Assembly: GCA_963796455.1 (NCBI GenBank)
Contig: CAWCLO010000004.1
Location: 224,001 to 288,000, forward strand
Length of the DNA stretch: 64,000 nt
DNA from: Candidatus Sulfomarinibacteraceae bacterium
GTDB lineage: Bacteria > Acidobacteriota > Thermoanaerobaculia > Thermoanaerobaculales > Sulfomarinibacteraceae
Direction of reading: 5' to 3'
The notes beneath the pieces were generated by a model that saw only the letters and a program-made list of their open reading frames with translations, was not told the DNA's origin and did not search any database. Each line of letters starts with the position of its first letter. Position 1 is the stretch's first letter. The translations under genes were made by a program, and so were the position numbers. This document shows positions 50,479 to 60,739 of the stretch, in pieces.

Positions 50479-52944
50479 ATGCACAGATCGGTTTATCTCG
50501 CGATTGCCACGCTCGTCACACTCTGTACGATCACGATGCCGGTCGGAGCCGCGGACGCGCCGGGGCCGCTGCCGCAGATCGATACCCAGGTCCAGGGACT
50601 GGAAAAACTCGAAGGTCTGCTCACGCTCTATCTGGACCGCCAACGCGGCAAGGTCCTTCTCGAGGTCCCGCCCTCCGACGATCCTGATGTTGGGCATCAG
50701 TTGCTCTACATCGAAGGTCTGGTCACCGGGCTCGGATCCAATGACGTCGGGCTCGACCGCGGTCAGATCGGGCCGGCACGGCTTGTGGGTCTGCGCCGGG
50801 TCGGCGGCCGGGTCCTGGTCGAAGAGGTCAATCTGGGTTACCGGGCCCTGTCGGACGATTCGGACGAACTGCGTGCGGTCCGCCAGTCCTTTGCCCGCTC
50901 GGTTCTCTGGGGCGGTGCCGTGGAAGCCGCGGATGCTGACGGAAGCGTCCTGGTGGATTTCACTTCGTTCATCGTTCGCGATGCACACATGAGCGCTGAT
51001 CGGTTGGAGACAACGGGCCAGGGAACATTTGCGCTCGATGCTTCGCGTAGCGCCGTCGATGTGGATGGCTGTCTCGTCTTTCCGGAAAATGTGGAGTTCG
51101 ACGCAATCCTGACCTTTGGCGGCAAAAAACCGGGTCAATATGTTCGTGAAACGGCGCCGTCTGCCACGTCTGTCACGCTCATCCAACACCACTCCTTTCT
51201 CAAATTGCCCGATGACGGTTATCGACCCCGAGCCTTCGATCCAAGAATGGGGTCCTTTGGAATCGCTTTCTTCGATTACGCCGCGCCGCTCGACCAATCA
51301 ATCGAAAAACGGTGGATTGTTCGTCATCGCCTGGAGAAGATCGACCCGACTGCCGCTCGATCAAAGGTGGTCGAGCCCATCGTCTACTACGTGGATCGCG
51401 GCGTGCCCGAACCGATTCGATCGGCCCTGGTGGAGGGTGCCGGCTGGTGGGCCGAGGCCTTTGACGCCGCCGGTTTCATCGATGCGTACCGGGTCGAGGT
51501 TCTGCCCGAGGGTGTGCACAACCTCGACGCCCGCTACAACGTCATCCAATGGGTCCACCGCTCGACGCGTGGGTGGTCCTATGGCGGCGGCGTCGTCGAT
51601 CCCCGGACCGGCGAGATGATCAAAGGGCATGTTTCTCTGGGATCGTTGCGGGTGCGTCAGGATCGACTGCTCTTCCAGGGTCTCGCCGGTGCCGACGGAA
51701 TCGGAAGCGGAACCCCGGATGATCCGGTGGAGATCGCCTTGGCACGGATCCGCCAGTTGTCGGCTCACGAGGTGGGCCACACTCTCGGTTTCACCCACAA
51801 CTTCGCTGCCAGCACCCGGGATCGTGATTCGGTGATGGACTATCCGGCACCTCTGATCGGGATCGATATCGATGGCGAACTCGACTTCAAGCGGGCCTAC
51901 GGGGTCGGCATGGGCGAGTGGGATCTGCACGCGGTGCGCTGGGCCTATTCGGAGTTTCCGCCCGGGGCGGAGGTGGCGGGGGAGCTCGATACGATCGTTC
52001 GCGATGGCCTCGATGGCGGTCTGTTCATCCTCTCGGATGGCGACGCACGGCCTCCGGGGGCGGCCAACCCCCTTGCCAATCTGTGGGACAACGGCGACGA
52101 CCCGGTCGAACAGCTCGAACACGATCTCGAGGTACGCAGAATTGCCATCGATCGATTCGGTGCGAGTTCGATCCCCGATGGTTCGCCACTGGCCGGGCTC
52201 GAAGCAGTCCTGGTGCCCCTCTATCTCCACCACCGTTACCAGCTCCAGGCTGCGACCAAGGTCATCGGAGGTCTCGACTACCGGCACGTATTGCGAGGCG
52301 ACGGCCAGATCCCGACCGATTTCATCGACCCGGAACGTCAGCGCCGGGCGCTCGATGTGGTGTTGTCGATCCTCGACCCGGAGGTCCTCGATATCCCCGA
52401 ATCGATTCTGGCGATCATTCCGCCGCAAGCCCCGGGCTCCGGTTCGCGGCGCGAGCTCTTTGATGGTGCTGCCGATCCGGTCTTCGATCCACTTGGAGCC
52501 GCAGCCACGGCCGCCCAGATGGTGGTGGTGGGGTTGCTGCAACCCGAGCGAGCCGGACGGCTGGTCGATTTCAATCGACGGGACCCCGAGCAACCGGGTC
52601 TTGAAGCGGTCCTGGATGCGGTGATCGCCCAGGTTTTTGCCAACGCACGTCCTCTGAGCGCGCGGCGCGCGGAAATCCGGCGCGTCGTCCAGACGGTCGC
52701 ACTCGAAGGGCTGATCACCCTTTCGGGGGACGCCGGCGCTTCTCCGGGTGTCAGATCGCGGGTCGACAACCGTCTCAACGCCTTGCGCGGGATGTTGGAG
52801 TCTTCCGCCGAAGGAAATCGAGTCGACGCGGCCAACCGGGCGGCGCTCATCGACCGGATCGACCAGCACCAGGCTGGAACTACGCCGCCGACGCCGGCGC
52901 CCCCGCCGGCCGCCGGGCCGCCGCCGGGAGATCCCATCGGTTGA
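50479..52944 (+). CDS. Secreted zinc metalloprotease (DUF5117/DUF4953 type)
   Basis: HEVGHTLGFTHNF, SVMDYP, DPRTGEMIKG. Confidence 0.9.
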   Translation: MHRSVYLAIATLVTLCTITMPVGAADAPGPLPQIDTQVQGLEKLEGLLTLYLDRQRGKVLLEVPPSDDPDVGHQLLYIEGLVTGLGSNDVGLDRGQIGPARLVGLRRVGGRVLVEEVNLGYRALSDDSDELRAVRQSFARSVLWGGAVEAADADGSVLVDFTSFIVRDAHMSADRLETTGQGTFALDASRSAVDVDGCLVFPENVEFDAILTFGGKKPGQYVRETAPSATSVTLIQHHSFLKLPDDGYRPRAFDPRMGSFGIAFFDYAAPLDQSIEKRWIVRHRLEKIDPTAARSKVVEPIVYYVDRGVPEPIRSALVEGAGWWAEAFDAAGFIDAYRVEVLPEGVHNLDARYNVIQWVHRSTRGWSYGGGVVDPRTGEMIKGHVSLGSLRVRQDRLLFQGLAGADGIGSGTPDDPVEIALARIRQLSAHEVGHTLGFTHNFAASTRDRDSVMDYPAPLIGIDIDGELDFKRAYGVGMGEWDLHAVRWAYSEFPPGAEVAGELDTIVRDGLDGGLFILSDGDARPPGAANPLANLWDNGDDPVEQLEHDLEVRRIAIDRFGASSIPDGSPLAGLEAVLVPLYLHHRYQLQAATKVIGGLDYRHVLRGDGQIPTDFIDPERQRRALDVVLSILDPEVLDIPESILAIIPPQAPGSGSRRELFDGAADPVFDPLGAAATAAQMVVVGLLQPERAGRLVDFNRRDPEQPGLEAVLDAVIAQVFANARPLSARRAEIRRVVQTVALEGLITLSGDAGASPGVRSRVDNRLNALRGMLESSAEGNRVDAANRAALIDRIDQHQAGTTPPTPAPPPAAGPPPGDPIG

Positions 52945-52952
52945 CCTGAAAA

Positions 52953-54110
52953 CTATCCCGGTTTGCCGTCGGGCCGGGGGGTCAGCAGGGTTCTGGTATT
53001 GACCGCCAGATAGAGGGCGAAGGCGAGCATCCACAAAGCGGCCGAGGCGATCAGGATGTTTTTGGTGAGGTCCATCCTCATCCACGGTCCACCGACCCGG
53101 AGGATGGCGCTCGCCGTGATGGCGAAAAATGCGATCGTCATCAGCGGCGAGACCAGCAGCGGGCGTCCGGTGTGACCGAGGGTCACTCGGGCCATCATGC
53201 CGAGGGTCAGAGACCCGATGGCGCCGGCCGTCAGGGCGTGGGTGGCGATGCTCGGTTGGACCGACATGGTGACCGCCGCGACAGCCTTGAGCGCCAGACC
53301 GATCCAGATCCATGCGTGGCCGATGTGGAGGATCCACAGGATCGGTCGTCCGAGGGTCTTCCGTGAGCCCCAGGTCAAGGATCTCCCGAGGACCAGGAGT
53401 CCTGCGATCCCTGCGACGAGCGCCATCAAAATGCCGGTTGGAGCGACGAGTTCGACCAGGGCCACGGCGATCGTGGCGATGATCGCGGCGAGATTGAGGC
53501 CAGGGATGGCTCGAATGCTCTCGTCACCGAGCGCATTTCGGGTAAACAGAGGGACGATTCGGCCGGTGATGATCACCAGGATCACGACGATCAGATCCAC
53601 GGCCACGAGATCGCTGCGCAAAAAGCTCTGCGGCAGGAGTCCAGAAGTCCGGAGGTGGAGGAGGAGATCGCAGATCCATAGGGCGGGCAGAAGGGCGAGG
53701 AACAGGAAGTTCCTTTTACTCCGGCCGAGGATCAGCGGTATTCCGATGGCGATGGTCAGGGCGGGAATGAAACACAGATCGGCGAGGCCGCCGATCGTCG
53801 CGGCGACTCCACCGAGCCCGACCAGACGCCCGAGCAGCCACAAGGCCAGGAGGGCCGCCAGGAATGGTCCGCGGGCGGTGGGCCGGTCGGTCCAGTTCTC
53901 CACCGCGGTCAGGAGAAAGCCGGCAATGATTGCCATGGCGAAGCCGAAGATCATCTCGTGGCTGTGCCAGGAAATGCTCTCCAACCCGGGCTCACCCGTC
54001 ATGGGTTCTGCATAGGTGAAGGCCCAGTAGGGAACCAATCCGATGGCGGCAAGAGATCCAAAGAGAAAAAACGGTCGAAAGCCTTTTTGAAAGAACACGT
54101 GTGATTTCAT
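52953..54110 (-). CDS. nnrS: NnrS family protein
   Basis: GFRPFFL, WHSHEMIFGF, GFLLTAV.NW, MMARVTLGHTGR. Confidence 0.93.
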   Translation of the reverse strand: MKSHVFFQKGFRPFFLFGSLAAIGLVPYWAFTYAEPMTGEPGLESISWHSHEMIFGFAMAIIAGFLLTAVENWTDRPTARGPFLAALLALWLLGRLVGLGGVAATIGGLADLCFIPALTIAIGIPLILGRSKRNFLFLALLPALWICDLLLHLRTSGLLPQSFLRSDLVAVDLIVVILVIITGRIVPLFTRNALGDESIRAIPGLNLAAIIATIAVALVELVAPTGILMALVAGIAGLLVLGRSLTWGSRKTLGRPILWILHIGHAWIWIGLALKAVAAVTMSVQPSIATHALTAGAIGSLTLGMMARVTLGHTGRPLLVSPLMTIAFFAITASAILRVGGPWMRMDLTKNILIASAALWMLAFALYLAVNTRTLLTPRPDGKPG

Positions 54111-54160
54111 CCGGCGATTCTAACCCAAGGGCTCAGAGCCCGACCGGTGTATGGTCTGGT

Positions 54161-54961
54161 ATGGCTCGTGTTCATCTCTTCGAATTCCACGACCAGGAGT
54201 GGTTTCCCGCTGTCTGGCGGGATCTTCTGACCGATTTTCTGGCGTTCTTCTTCAAATCCTTCAAGCCGTATCTCTGTGTCAGTCCGATCCTGGCGGATGC
54301 TCTTGAGGAGGTGCCGACAACAGAGATCGTCGATTTGTGTTCGGGTGCCGGTCAGTCGATTCTTTCGCTGTTGCCCGCATTACATCGGGAAAGCTGCAAT
54401 CTGACCTCGGTCACCCTGACCGATAAATTTCCGAATCTGCTGGCTTTCCGATCGGCGGTCGCCCTCGCCAACGGGACGGTTCGGGGCCGGGAAGATTCGA
54501 TTGATGCTGCAGACGTCCCTGAAGGATTGACCGGTTTCCGGACACTGTTCACCAGCCTTCATCACTTCGAACCGAGCGCTGCTCGCAAGATCCTCGCCGA
54601 CGCCGCGAAGAGTGGTCAGGGAATCGGTATTTTCGAGTTCACCGAGCGCAACTGGGCGCTGTGGACCCTTCCGGTGCTGATGATTCCGATCATGATCTGG
54701 CTGGTCACTCCGCTGATTCGTCCGTTCCGGCTGCAGCGCCTGGTTTGGACCTATCTGATTCCGGTGGTGCCGCTGGTTGCCATGTGGGACGGCCTGGTAT
54801 CGAACTTGAGGTCGTACTCGATCGCTGAACTCGAGGCTCTGGTCGAGGGACTTGGAGAGCCCGGCTATGCCTGGCGGGCCGGGCGCGTGCCCTCGATCGG
54901 TCTGAGCCGCGTGACCTATCTCGTCGGCTTTCCCGATCCGATAGAATGTGCGCCACCATGA
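54161..54961 (+). CDS. Class I SAM-dependent methyltransferase
   Basis: VDLCSGAG, LTD, SLHHF, WDG.VS.LRSY. Confidence 0.85.
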   Translation: MARVHLFEFHDQEWFPAVWRDLLTDFLAFFFKSFKPYLCVSPILADALEEVPTTEIVDLCSGAGQSILSLLPALHRESCNLTSVTLTDKFPNLLAFRSAVALANGTVRGREDSIDAADVPEGLTGFRTLFTSLHHFEPSAARKILADAAKSGQGIGIFEFTERNWALWTLPVLMIPIMIWLVTPLIRPFRLQRLVWTYLIPVVPLVAMWDGLVSNLRSYSIAELEALVEGLGEPGYAWRAGRVPSIGLSRVTYLVGFPDPIECAPP

Positions 54962-55878
54962 TCACGGGAGAAACTGGAGACCGGTGTCCCAACTGTTCGG
55001 CGCCCCTGAGCGGACCGTTCTGTTCGTCCTGCGGTCAGCGTCAGCTCGATCTCGATCGCCCTTTCCGCGAGATCGCATCGGAGGCGATGGAGGCCTTTGT
55101 CTCCTTCGACACGCGGATTTTTCGAACTCTGTGGCCGCTGATCAGGCGACCGGGTTTTCTGACCGTTGAATTCTTCGAAGGTCGGCGCGCCCGCTACATC
55201 CATCCCTTCAAGCTCTACTTTGCCTTCAGCGTGATGCTCTTTGTCGGTCTGGCCCTGACCGGTTTCCTCTCCATACGGGTCGGAAACACTGGCAATGACG
55301 GGGATGACGACCAACAGATCGTGAGTATTTTCACCGTTGAAGAGGAGACTGAGCCCGGTGGCGAGAGTCCAGAAGCGGACTCCGGGGAAAGCGGCGAAGC
55401 TGCGACCGACGTGGAGGGCGGCGAGGAGGAGGAAGGGCTGATCGGTCGGGTCCTGCGGCCGCTGGCCGGCATGATCGAAAACGATCCCGACCAACTCAAC
55501 CGGATCTTCACCGAACGGCTGGCGAACTCGATCATCGTTTTGGTGCCGGTCTTCGCCCTGCTCCTGAGGTTCCTCTACTGGGGAATTCCGTACATCAAAC
55601 AGCTCGTCTTTTCTCTCCACCTCCACAGCGCCGCTTTTCTGATCATTCTGGTCGGTCTCGGAATCGACACTGTTCTGAAGGCGGAACCGGGTGAAGGGTG
55701 GGGCAACGCTTTAGGGAGCGTGGTGATCCTGGTCTACACTTTTCTCGCGTTGCGTCGCGTCTACGGCCAGGGAAGGTTTCGCACGGGCTTGAAGATCGTG
55801 GTGCTGCTTCTCGGCTATCTGATCGCCCTGATTCTGACCATGATCATGACCCTGGTCGTGACCGCGCTCACGATCTGA
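54958..55878 (+). CDS. DUF3667 domain membrane protein
   Basis: CPNC......FCSSCGQ, RPG.LT.EF..GRR.RY..P.KLY; ATGA overlap with upstream gene. Confidence 0.88.
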   Translation: MITGETGDRCPNCSAPLSGPFCSSCGQRQLDLDRPFREIASEAMEAFVSFDTRIFRTLWPLIRRPGFLTVEFFEGRRARYIHPFKLYFAFSVMLFVGLALTGFLSIRVGNTGNDGDDDQQIVSIFTVEEETEPGGESPEADSGESGEAATDVEGGEEEEGLIGRVLRPLAGMIENDPDQLNRIFTERLANSIIVLVPVFALLLRFLYWGIPYIKQLVFSLHLHSAAFLIILVGLGIDTVLKAEPGEGWGNALGSVVILVYTFLALRRVYGQGRFRTGLKIVVLLLGYLIALILTMIMTLVVTALTI

Positions 55879-55931
55879 ACGCCGGATTGTGGTCCGCCGG
55901 CGTGCTCAGAGTCGTCAGTCCGGGCGCGGAC

Positions 55932-56720
55932 TTATTTATCCGACGGGGTCTCGACGGCAATCGTGAAGCTGGTATCGGCCAGGGTTCCGGGAGCATCGGG
56001 CGCGGCCACCACCCAGCCGATGTCCGTCTTGGCCTCCTGATCGAAATAAGATCCGTCGGTGGAGGCCACCTTGACCGCGATCCTGCCGGCGGGTTCGTCG
56101 AGGACGAAAGGCATGAAAAGGTAGATGCGGCCGCTGTCGTCATACCTGCACGCCAGGGTTGCGCCCTCCTTACCGCTGAGGTGGAGCGGGCCGTAGCCCT
56201 CGCGTTGAACCCGAATGCTCACCCGCCGATCGGCGAGGCGGAAATCGGCCCGGCTTCTGCGCTCTTGAATCGGGATCTGGAAATAGACTTCTTCCACCAA
56301 CCATCTGAGGTAGGTGACGAGATCTCCCTCCGACGACCAGAATTGTTTGTCGAATCCGACGCAGCCCGCCCCGCTTGCTGCGAGAAAAGGGTAACGGGCG
56401 CCCCACAGTGGCACCTGGCCATAACTCGAGCCGGCGTGATCGAGGTCCCACGAGGCCGTTCCCGGCAGTTCGATCCGCATTTTCGAACCGTCGGCCTCGC
56501 CGACGAAACGGCCGCCCGGAAATGGCGCCGCCGATAGCAGCAGCATTCCGCGTTCGGGATTGAGCAACGCGATGAAGGCGCCCTCGACCGATGGACAGCC
56601 CGAGGAAGGGTCGCCGGCAACCATCGATGGCCGCAATACCTCTTCGGCTGAGAGAGGCAACACCGCCGCAACGATCAACAGCACCAGGGCAGGCCACGGG
56701 TTGTTGTGGTGGAAGTTCAT
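55932..56720 (-). CDS. Hypothetical secreted protein
   Basis: Signal peptide; ORF fills gap between neighbours. Confidence 0.65.
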   Translation of the reverse strand: MNFHHNNPWPALVLLIVAAVLPLSAEEVLRPSMVAGDPSSGCPSVEGAFIALLNPERGMLLLSAAPFPGGRFVGEADGSKMRIELPGTASWDLDHAGSSYGQVPLWGARYPFLAASGAGCVGFDKQFWSSEGDLVTYLRWLVEEVYFQIPIQERRSRADFRLADRRVSIRVQREGYGPLHLSGKEGATLACRYDDSGRIYLFMPFVLDEPAGRIAVKVASTDGSYFDQEAKTDIGWVVAAPDAPGTLADTSFTIAVETPSDK

Positions 56721-56778
56721 GGAGAAACCCTACCTCGGGAAAGACCCGGGCACTGTGGCGTGGGTCACTCGCGGGGTC

Positions 56779-57432
56779 CTACTGGTCATATCGTGCGACG
56801 TGCCACGTTTCTGCACGTGCCTTGTCGGCCCAATCGACCATTGGCGGATAGGTCCACAGAGCTTCCATATAGCTCCCGGCCGCTCCCTCGAGGGCGACTC
56901 CATATGTCAGGAACCGGCTCACGATCGGTGCAAAAAAGGCGTCCGCGATTGTGAAGTCGCCGAAGAGAAGATCGCCGCCCTGACCGTGGGATCCTCGGCA
57001 TTCGTTCCAGATCTTCGCGATCCGTTCGATATCCTCCCCGACTCCCTCACCGCTGCCGAGACCGGGGTAGGAGGCGCGTAGATTCATCGGCATGTGTTTG
57101 CGGAGCGGTACGAAGCCCGAATGCATCTCGGCCACCACCGATCGCGCGATCGCCCGTGCGGCCGGTTCCTCCGGCCAGAGGCCGGTTGCGGGCGAGATCT
57201 CGGCCAGGTATTCGCAGATCGCCAACGAGTCCCAAATGAGGAGGTCACCATGGTGGAACGCAGGCACTCGACCGGTCGGCGAGTGACGCAGGATCTGTTC
57301 CTCGGTGTCCACCTGCCCGAGCGGGACGACGATTTCGTCGAATTCCATGCCGGTCGCTTCGAGGGCGAGCCAGGCCCTCAGCGACCAGGACGAGTAGTTT
57401 CGATTGCCGATGATCAAGGTGCCTTGACTCAT
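56779..57432 (-). CDS. Glutathione S-transferase family protein
   Basis: NYSSWSLR.W, SPTGRVP, WDSLAI.EYL, AEMHSGF. Confidence 0.93.
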   Translation of the reverse strand: MSQGTLIIGNRNYSSWSLRAWLALEATGMEFDEIVVPLGQVDTEEQILRHSPTGRVPAFHHGDLLIWDSLAICEYLAEISPATGLWPEEPAARAIARSVVAEMHSGFVPLRKHMPMNLRASYPGLGSGEGVGEDIERIAKIWNECRGSHGQGGDLLFGDFTIADAFFAPIVSRFLTYGVALEGAAGSYMEALWTYPPMVDWADKARAETWHVARYDQ

Positions 57433-57501
57433 TTTCCCTCCCGAGGCACGAATTCTATCGCAACGTGAATTCTGGGTCATAATTCCATGCGAGGGAGAGC
57501 C

Positions 57502-58101
57502 ATGAACGATGAATTGCGGCGAGAGTTGGTGGCGATGTCGACTCGCGACTCCTTGAAGCGGCAAAGCCTGATCGATTCGAATGATGTCTTTGACGGTTAC
57601 TCGACCGAGATGGAGGAGCTTCACCGAGAGAACGCGCTTCGCCTGGAACAAATCGTCGTGAAGTACGGTTGGCCGGGGATTTTGCTGGTTGGCGAGGATG
57701 GATCGGAGGCGGCCTGGTTGGTCGCTCAGCATGCCATCAGCATGCCCGAATTGCAGCGCCACTTTCTCAGAATGATTCAGGACGCGGTGGCGAGGGAGGA
57801 CGCACCCCAGCGCCACGAGGCCTATCTGCTGGATCGAATTCTCTTCAATCGGGATCAACCCCAGCTCTACGGGTTGGTTTTTGATTGGAATGTCGAAGGC
57901 GAGCTCAGCGCATGGATCGATCAAGATGATCTGGCCGATCAGCGCCGCCGGGAACTGGGCCTGCCAAGCGTCGAGGAAGCCACCCGGCAGGCGCGGCTGG
58001 AGGCAGAGCGCGAAGGTCATCGCCCACCCGAGGACATCGACGAGTATCACCGCAACAGGCGCCGTTGGGCACGTGAGGTGGGCTGGATCGAGGACAGTTG
58101 A
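57502..58101 (+). CDS. DUF6624-like protein
   Basis: YGWPG..LVG.DG..AAWL.AQHA, AYL.DR......PQ.YG. Confidence 0.85.
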   Translation: MNDELRRELVAMSTRDSLKRQSLIDSNDVFDGYSTEMEELHRENALRLEQIVVKYGWPGILLVGEDGSEAAWLVAQHAISMPELQRHFLRMIQDAVAREDAPQRHEAYLLDRILFNRDQPQLYGLVFDWNVEGELSAWIDQDDLADQRRRELGLPSVEEATRQARLEAEREGHRPPEDIDEYHRNRRRWAREVGWIEDS

Positions 58102-58128
58102 AGAGTGGTGAGACCTTTGATCCGCAAT

Positions 58129-58583
58129 CATTGCTGTCCAAGACGGAGTCTCAGACAGCGATCAGGAACAGCGTCAGAGAACAGGATTCAGCGGCAGCGA
58201 TCGTCGTCAGCGTCAGCGACCAGTGGCCGGGACAGCGAACAGCATTCACTTCTTCGGGTTCCGGCCTTTGTGGTGCGGCCGTCTCGGCCGCACGGTGTGC
58301 AGGCGAGACGCCTACACCACAACGGCTGTTCCTTCTGTTGAACCACCCGGAGGAGGCCACTTCGTCGCCTGGACTCCTGATCGCTGCCGCTGAACACTGA
58401 TCGCTGAACCCGGTCGCTGCTCCCTGTCGCTGTCGCTGGAAACTGTCGCTGCCGCTGCAATTCGGGATCGGGATCGAAATCGGGTACGGGCCAACCGCGA
58501 ACCGGATATGCCAAAAACCAACCCGTAAACCACGTGTTGTCAGGTGGCTAACTTCAGGTGGCGATCTGTTTTGGACAGCACTG
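58129..58583. mobile_element. MITE-like gene-less sibling of element 392-1208
   Basis: TIRs CATTGCTGTCCAAGACGGA vs rc CAGTGCTGTCCAAAACAGA (16/19); flanks ATCCGCAAT (58120-58128) and ATCCGAAAT (58584-58592); 58488-58547 identical to 1113-1172. Confidence 0.85.
58268..58322. repeat. REP doublet (REPIN-like), GTGG type
   Basis: Two inverted GTG-GTGnnnnCG-TCT-CGnnnnCAC palindromes. Confidence 0.8.
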
Positions 58584-58647
58584 ATCCGAAATATTCAATC
58601 CTGAAACTTTGCCTTGATGTGGACACCGCGGACAGCGAGAACTATAT

Positions 58648-58675
58648 TAGTCCGTAAGTGAAGACTTACGGACTA
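58648..58675. promoter_or_regulatory. Probable autoregulatory operator of the ArsR repressor
   Basis: TAGTCCGTAAGT-gaag-ACTTACGGACTA perfect 12-bp arms overlapping the GTG start. Confidence 0.75.
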
Positions 58676-58981
58676 GTATTCGAAGCTCTGGCGGACCCCA
58701 CCCGGCGCGGGGTATTCGAGGGACTTCGCCGAGGCCCGCGGTCGGTGGGGGACCTCGCTTCGGACCTGCCCGTAAGCCGTCCTGCGGTCTCTCAGCACCT
58801 GAAGGTTCTCAAGGACGCGGGGCTGGTACGGGAAAACAAACGAGGCACCCGGCGCTTCTATGAAATCGATCCTCGCGGTCTGGATCCGATACGAAAGTAC
58901 TTCGATGATTTCTGGGGAGATGTGCTGACTGCATTCGCGGACGCAGTCTCGGCAAAGAAGGGAATGGGCAATGAGTCCTGA
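58658..58981 (+). CDS. ArsR/SmtB family transcriptional regulator
   Basis: FEALADPTRR, SRPAVSQHLKVLKDAGLV. Confidence 0.93.
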   Translation: MKTYGLVFEALADPTRRGVFEGLRRGPRSVGDLASDLPVSRPAVSQHLKVLKDAGLVRENKRGTRRFYEIDPRGLDPIRKYFDDFWGDVLTAFADAVSAKKGMGNES

Positions 58982-59423
58982 AAATGTATTCGAGCCGGTC
59001 CGGAAAACTGTTGAGGTCTCGTGCGAGCCTGCCAGGGCATTTCAGATATTCACCGATGAGATGGAAAGCTGGTGGCCCCTGGCGACCCATTCCATCGGTC
59101 AGGAACAAAGCGAAGCCTGCTATTTCGAGGGGCGGAACGGCGGCAGGATCTTCGAAACCCACAATGATGGATCGATCCATCTCTGGGGGACCGTCACCGT
59201 CTGGGAGCCTCCGTCGCGGGTGATATTTGCGTGGCATCCGGGGCGCGATGCCGCGACCGCTCAGGAGGTGGAGTTGCGCTTTGAATCCGCCGGCGGTGGG
59301 ACGCGCATTGAGCTCGAACACCGTGGCTGGGAGATCCTCGGCGACGAGGCCGAAGAAATCCGTGACGGCTACGAGACGGGCTGGGTCCCGGTCCTCGCCC
59401 GCTACGTCGAATCGTGCTCCTGA
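58971..59423 (+). CDS. SRPBCC (AHSA1-like) domain protein
   Basis: AF..FT..M..WWP, WEPP.R..F.W, TR.ELEH.GW, Y..GW. Confidence 0.9.
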   Translation: MSPENVFEPVRKTVEVSCEPARAFQIFTDEMESWWPLATHSIGQEQSEACYFEGRNGGRIFETHNDGSIHLWGTVTVWEPPSRVIFAWHPGRDAATAQEVELRFESAGGGTRIELEHRGWEILGDEAEEIRDGYETGWVPVLARYVESCS

Positions 59424-59429
59424 ATCAAC

Positions 59430-60692
59430 CTATTCCTGACTTTCGAGGCGGGCACGACGGTTGGCATCGATTTCTCTGGAGGCCCTGACGCCACGGTGTC
59501 GGAGCGAAAAGACCACCAGTCGTTTGCGGTCCATCGTAAAGAACTTTTTGCCGTACCTCGAGAGGGCCTGGCGGTCGACCCCGAATCCCAGACCTGGAGC
59601 GCTTGGAATCTGCAGGGTCCCGCGATCGTGATCAAATGCTTTCTGAAGGATGCCGTCGCGGGCCTCCACGGTCCATCCGGGTGGCGCCAGCGGATACTCC
59701 AGTTCGCGTTCGCCGGCGAAGCCCGAGGCGGCGAAGAGCTGGAGGTTGACGGCGAAGCCGATCCCGTTAGTCCAGGTGTGGGGCGAGTAGGCGAGGCCGT
59801 TGTTTCGGCAACAACGGGCGATCTCGATGGTCTGGGCGATGCCGCCGGTGAAGACGGCGTCGGGCTGAAAGATGTCGTAACAACGATTCTCGATCATCAT
59901 CTCCAGTTCCGGCAGACCGGAGCCGTGGAGCTCGCCCCCGGCAATGGGCACCCGGCTGTATCGGGTCAACGCGGTCAGGTCTTTGTACCGGTCCATGGCC
60001 AGAGGTTCTTCGATCCATGCGATCCCGAGATCCGCGCAGGCATCGGCGAATCGTTCGGCCCGATCGAGATCCCATTTCGGGGCATCGGAGACGATGGTCA
60101 CCCGCCACCCCTGGTTGGCATCGACCGCGAGCTTGACGCGATCGCCGAATGCTTCCGCGGTCTCCCTCACCTGTCGGATGTCGACCGCCTCGTCAAAATC
60201 GTGGACCCTGAGCTTGACTGTGGTAAAGCCTTCGTCCAGACGCGCCTCGACTTCGGCGATACGTTCCTTCGGCTCCTTGACCTCGCCTGTCGATGCGTAG
60301 AGGCGGATGGTACCGGGCGTGCCTCCGAGCAGTTCCCAGACCGGTTTGTCCTCGATCTTGCCTTTGATGTCCCAGAAGGCGGGTTCGATCCACCAGTTGC
60401 GCCAGCCGAGGTATGAGATCTCGCGCAGGCGTTGTTGAATGAGGTCGATGTCAGTCGCGTCTTCACCGATGAGATACGGCCCGAGCACATCTCCGAGCCC
60501 GGCCCGTTCGCGGCCGATTGCAGGTCCCGCGCTATAACCCTCGACGCCTTCCCCGGTGGTTATCTTGACCAGGGTGAAGCGATTTTCGTTCGCCGGCATG
60601 CCCGGGATCCAGGCCGGTCGGAAGGTTGCCGGCAGCGGAATGGCAACGTGATAGAGCTCGACCTTCGCAACACGGTTCTGTTTGTTGCTCAT
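59430..60692 (-). CDS. Mandelate racemase/muconate lactonizing enzyme (enolase superfamily)
   Basis: FWDIKGK, KLR, VDANQGW, WIEEP, AGGE, QPD, PH. Confidence 0.9.
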   Translation of the reverse strand: MSNKQNRVAKVELYHVAIPLPATFRPAWIPGMPANENRFTLVKITTGEGVEGYSAGPAIGRERAGLGDVLGPYLIGEDATDIDLIQQRLREISYLGWRNWWIEPAFWDIKGKIEDKPVWELLGGTPGTIRLYASTGEVKEPKERIAEVEARLDEGFTTVKLRVHDFDEAVDIRQVRETAEAFGDRVKLAVDANQGWRVTIVSDAPKWDLDRAERFADACADLGIAWIEEPLAMDRYKDLTALTRYSRVPIAGGELHGSGLPELEMMIENRCYDIFQPDAVFTGGIAQTIEIARCCRNNGLAYSPHTWTNGIGFAVNLQLFAASGFAGERELEYPLAPPGWTVEARDGILQKAFDHDRGTLQIPSAPGLGFGVDRQALSRYGKKFFTMDRKRLVVFSLRHRGVRASREIDANRRARLESQE

Positions 60693-60739
60693 GGGAAAAC
60701 CTTAGCACTGAAGGACTCCGATTCTCTGGTTCGGTCGAA

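Noticed and set aside
47575..53337. Long antisense ORFs (47575-49692, 51361-53337)
   Set aside because: Shadow frames opposite well-supported genes in GC-rich DNA.
56779..58131. 450-aa extended GST
   Set aside because: The N-terminal extension is antisense to the DUF6624 gene; the real start is ATG 57432 with a GGGAGG RBS.
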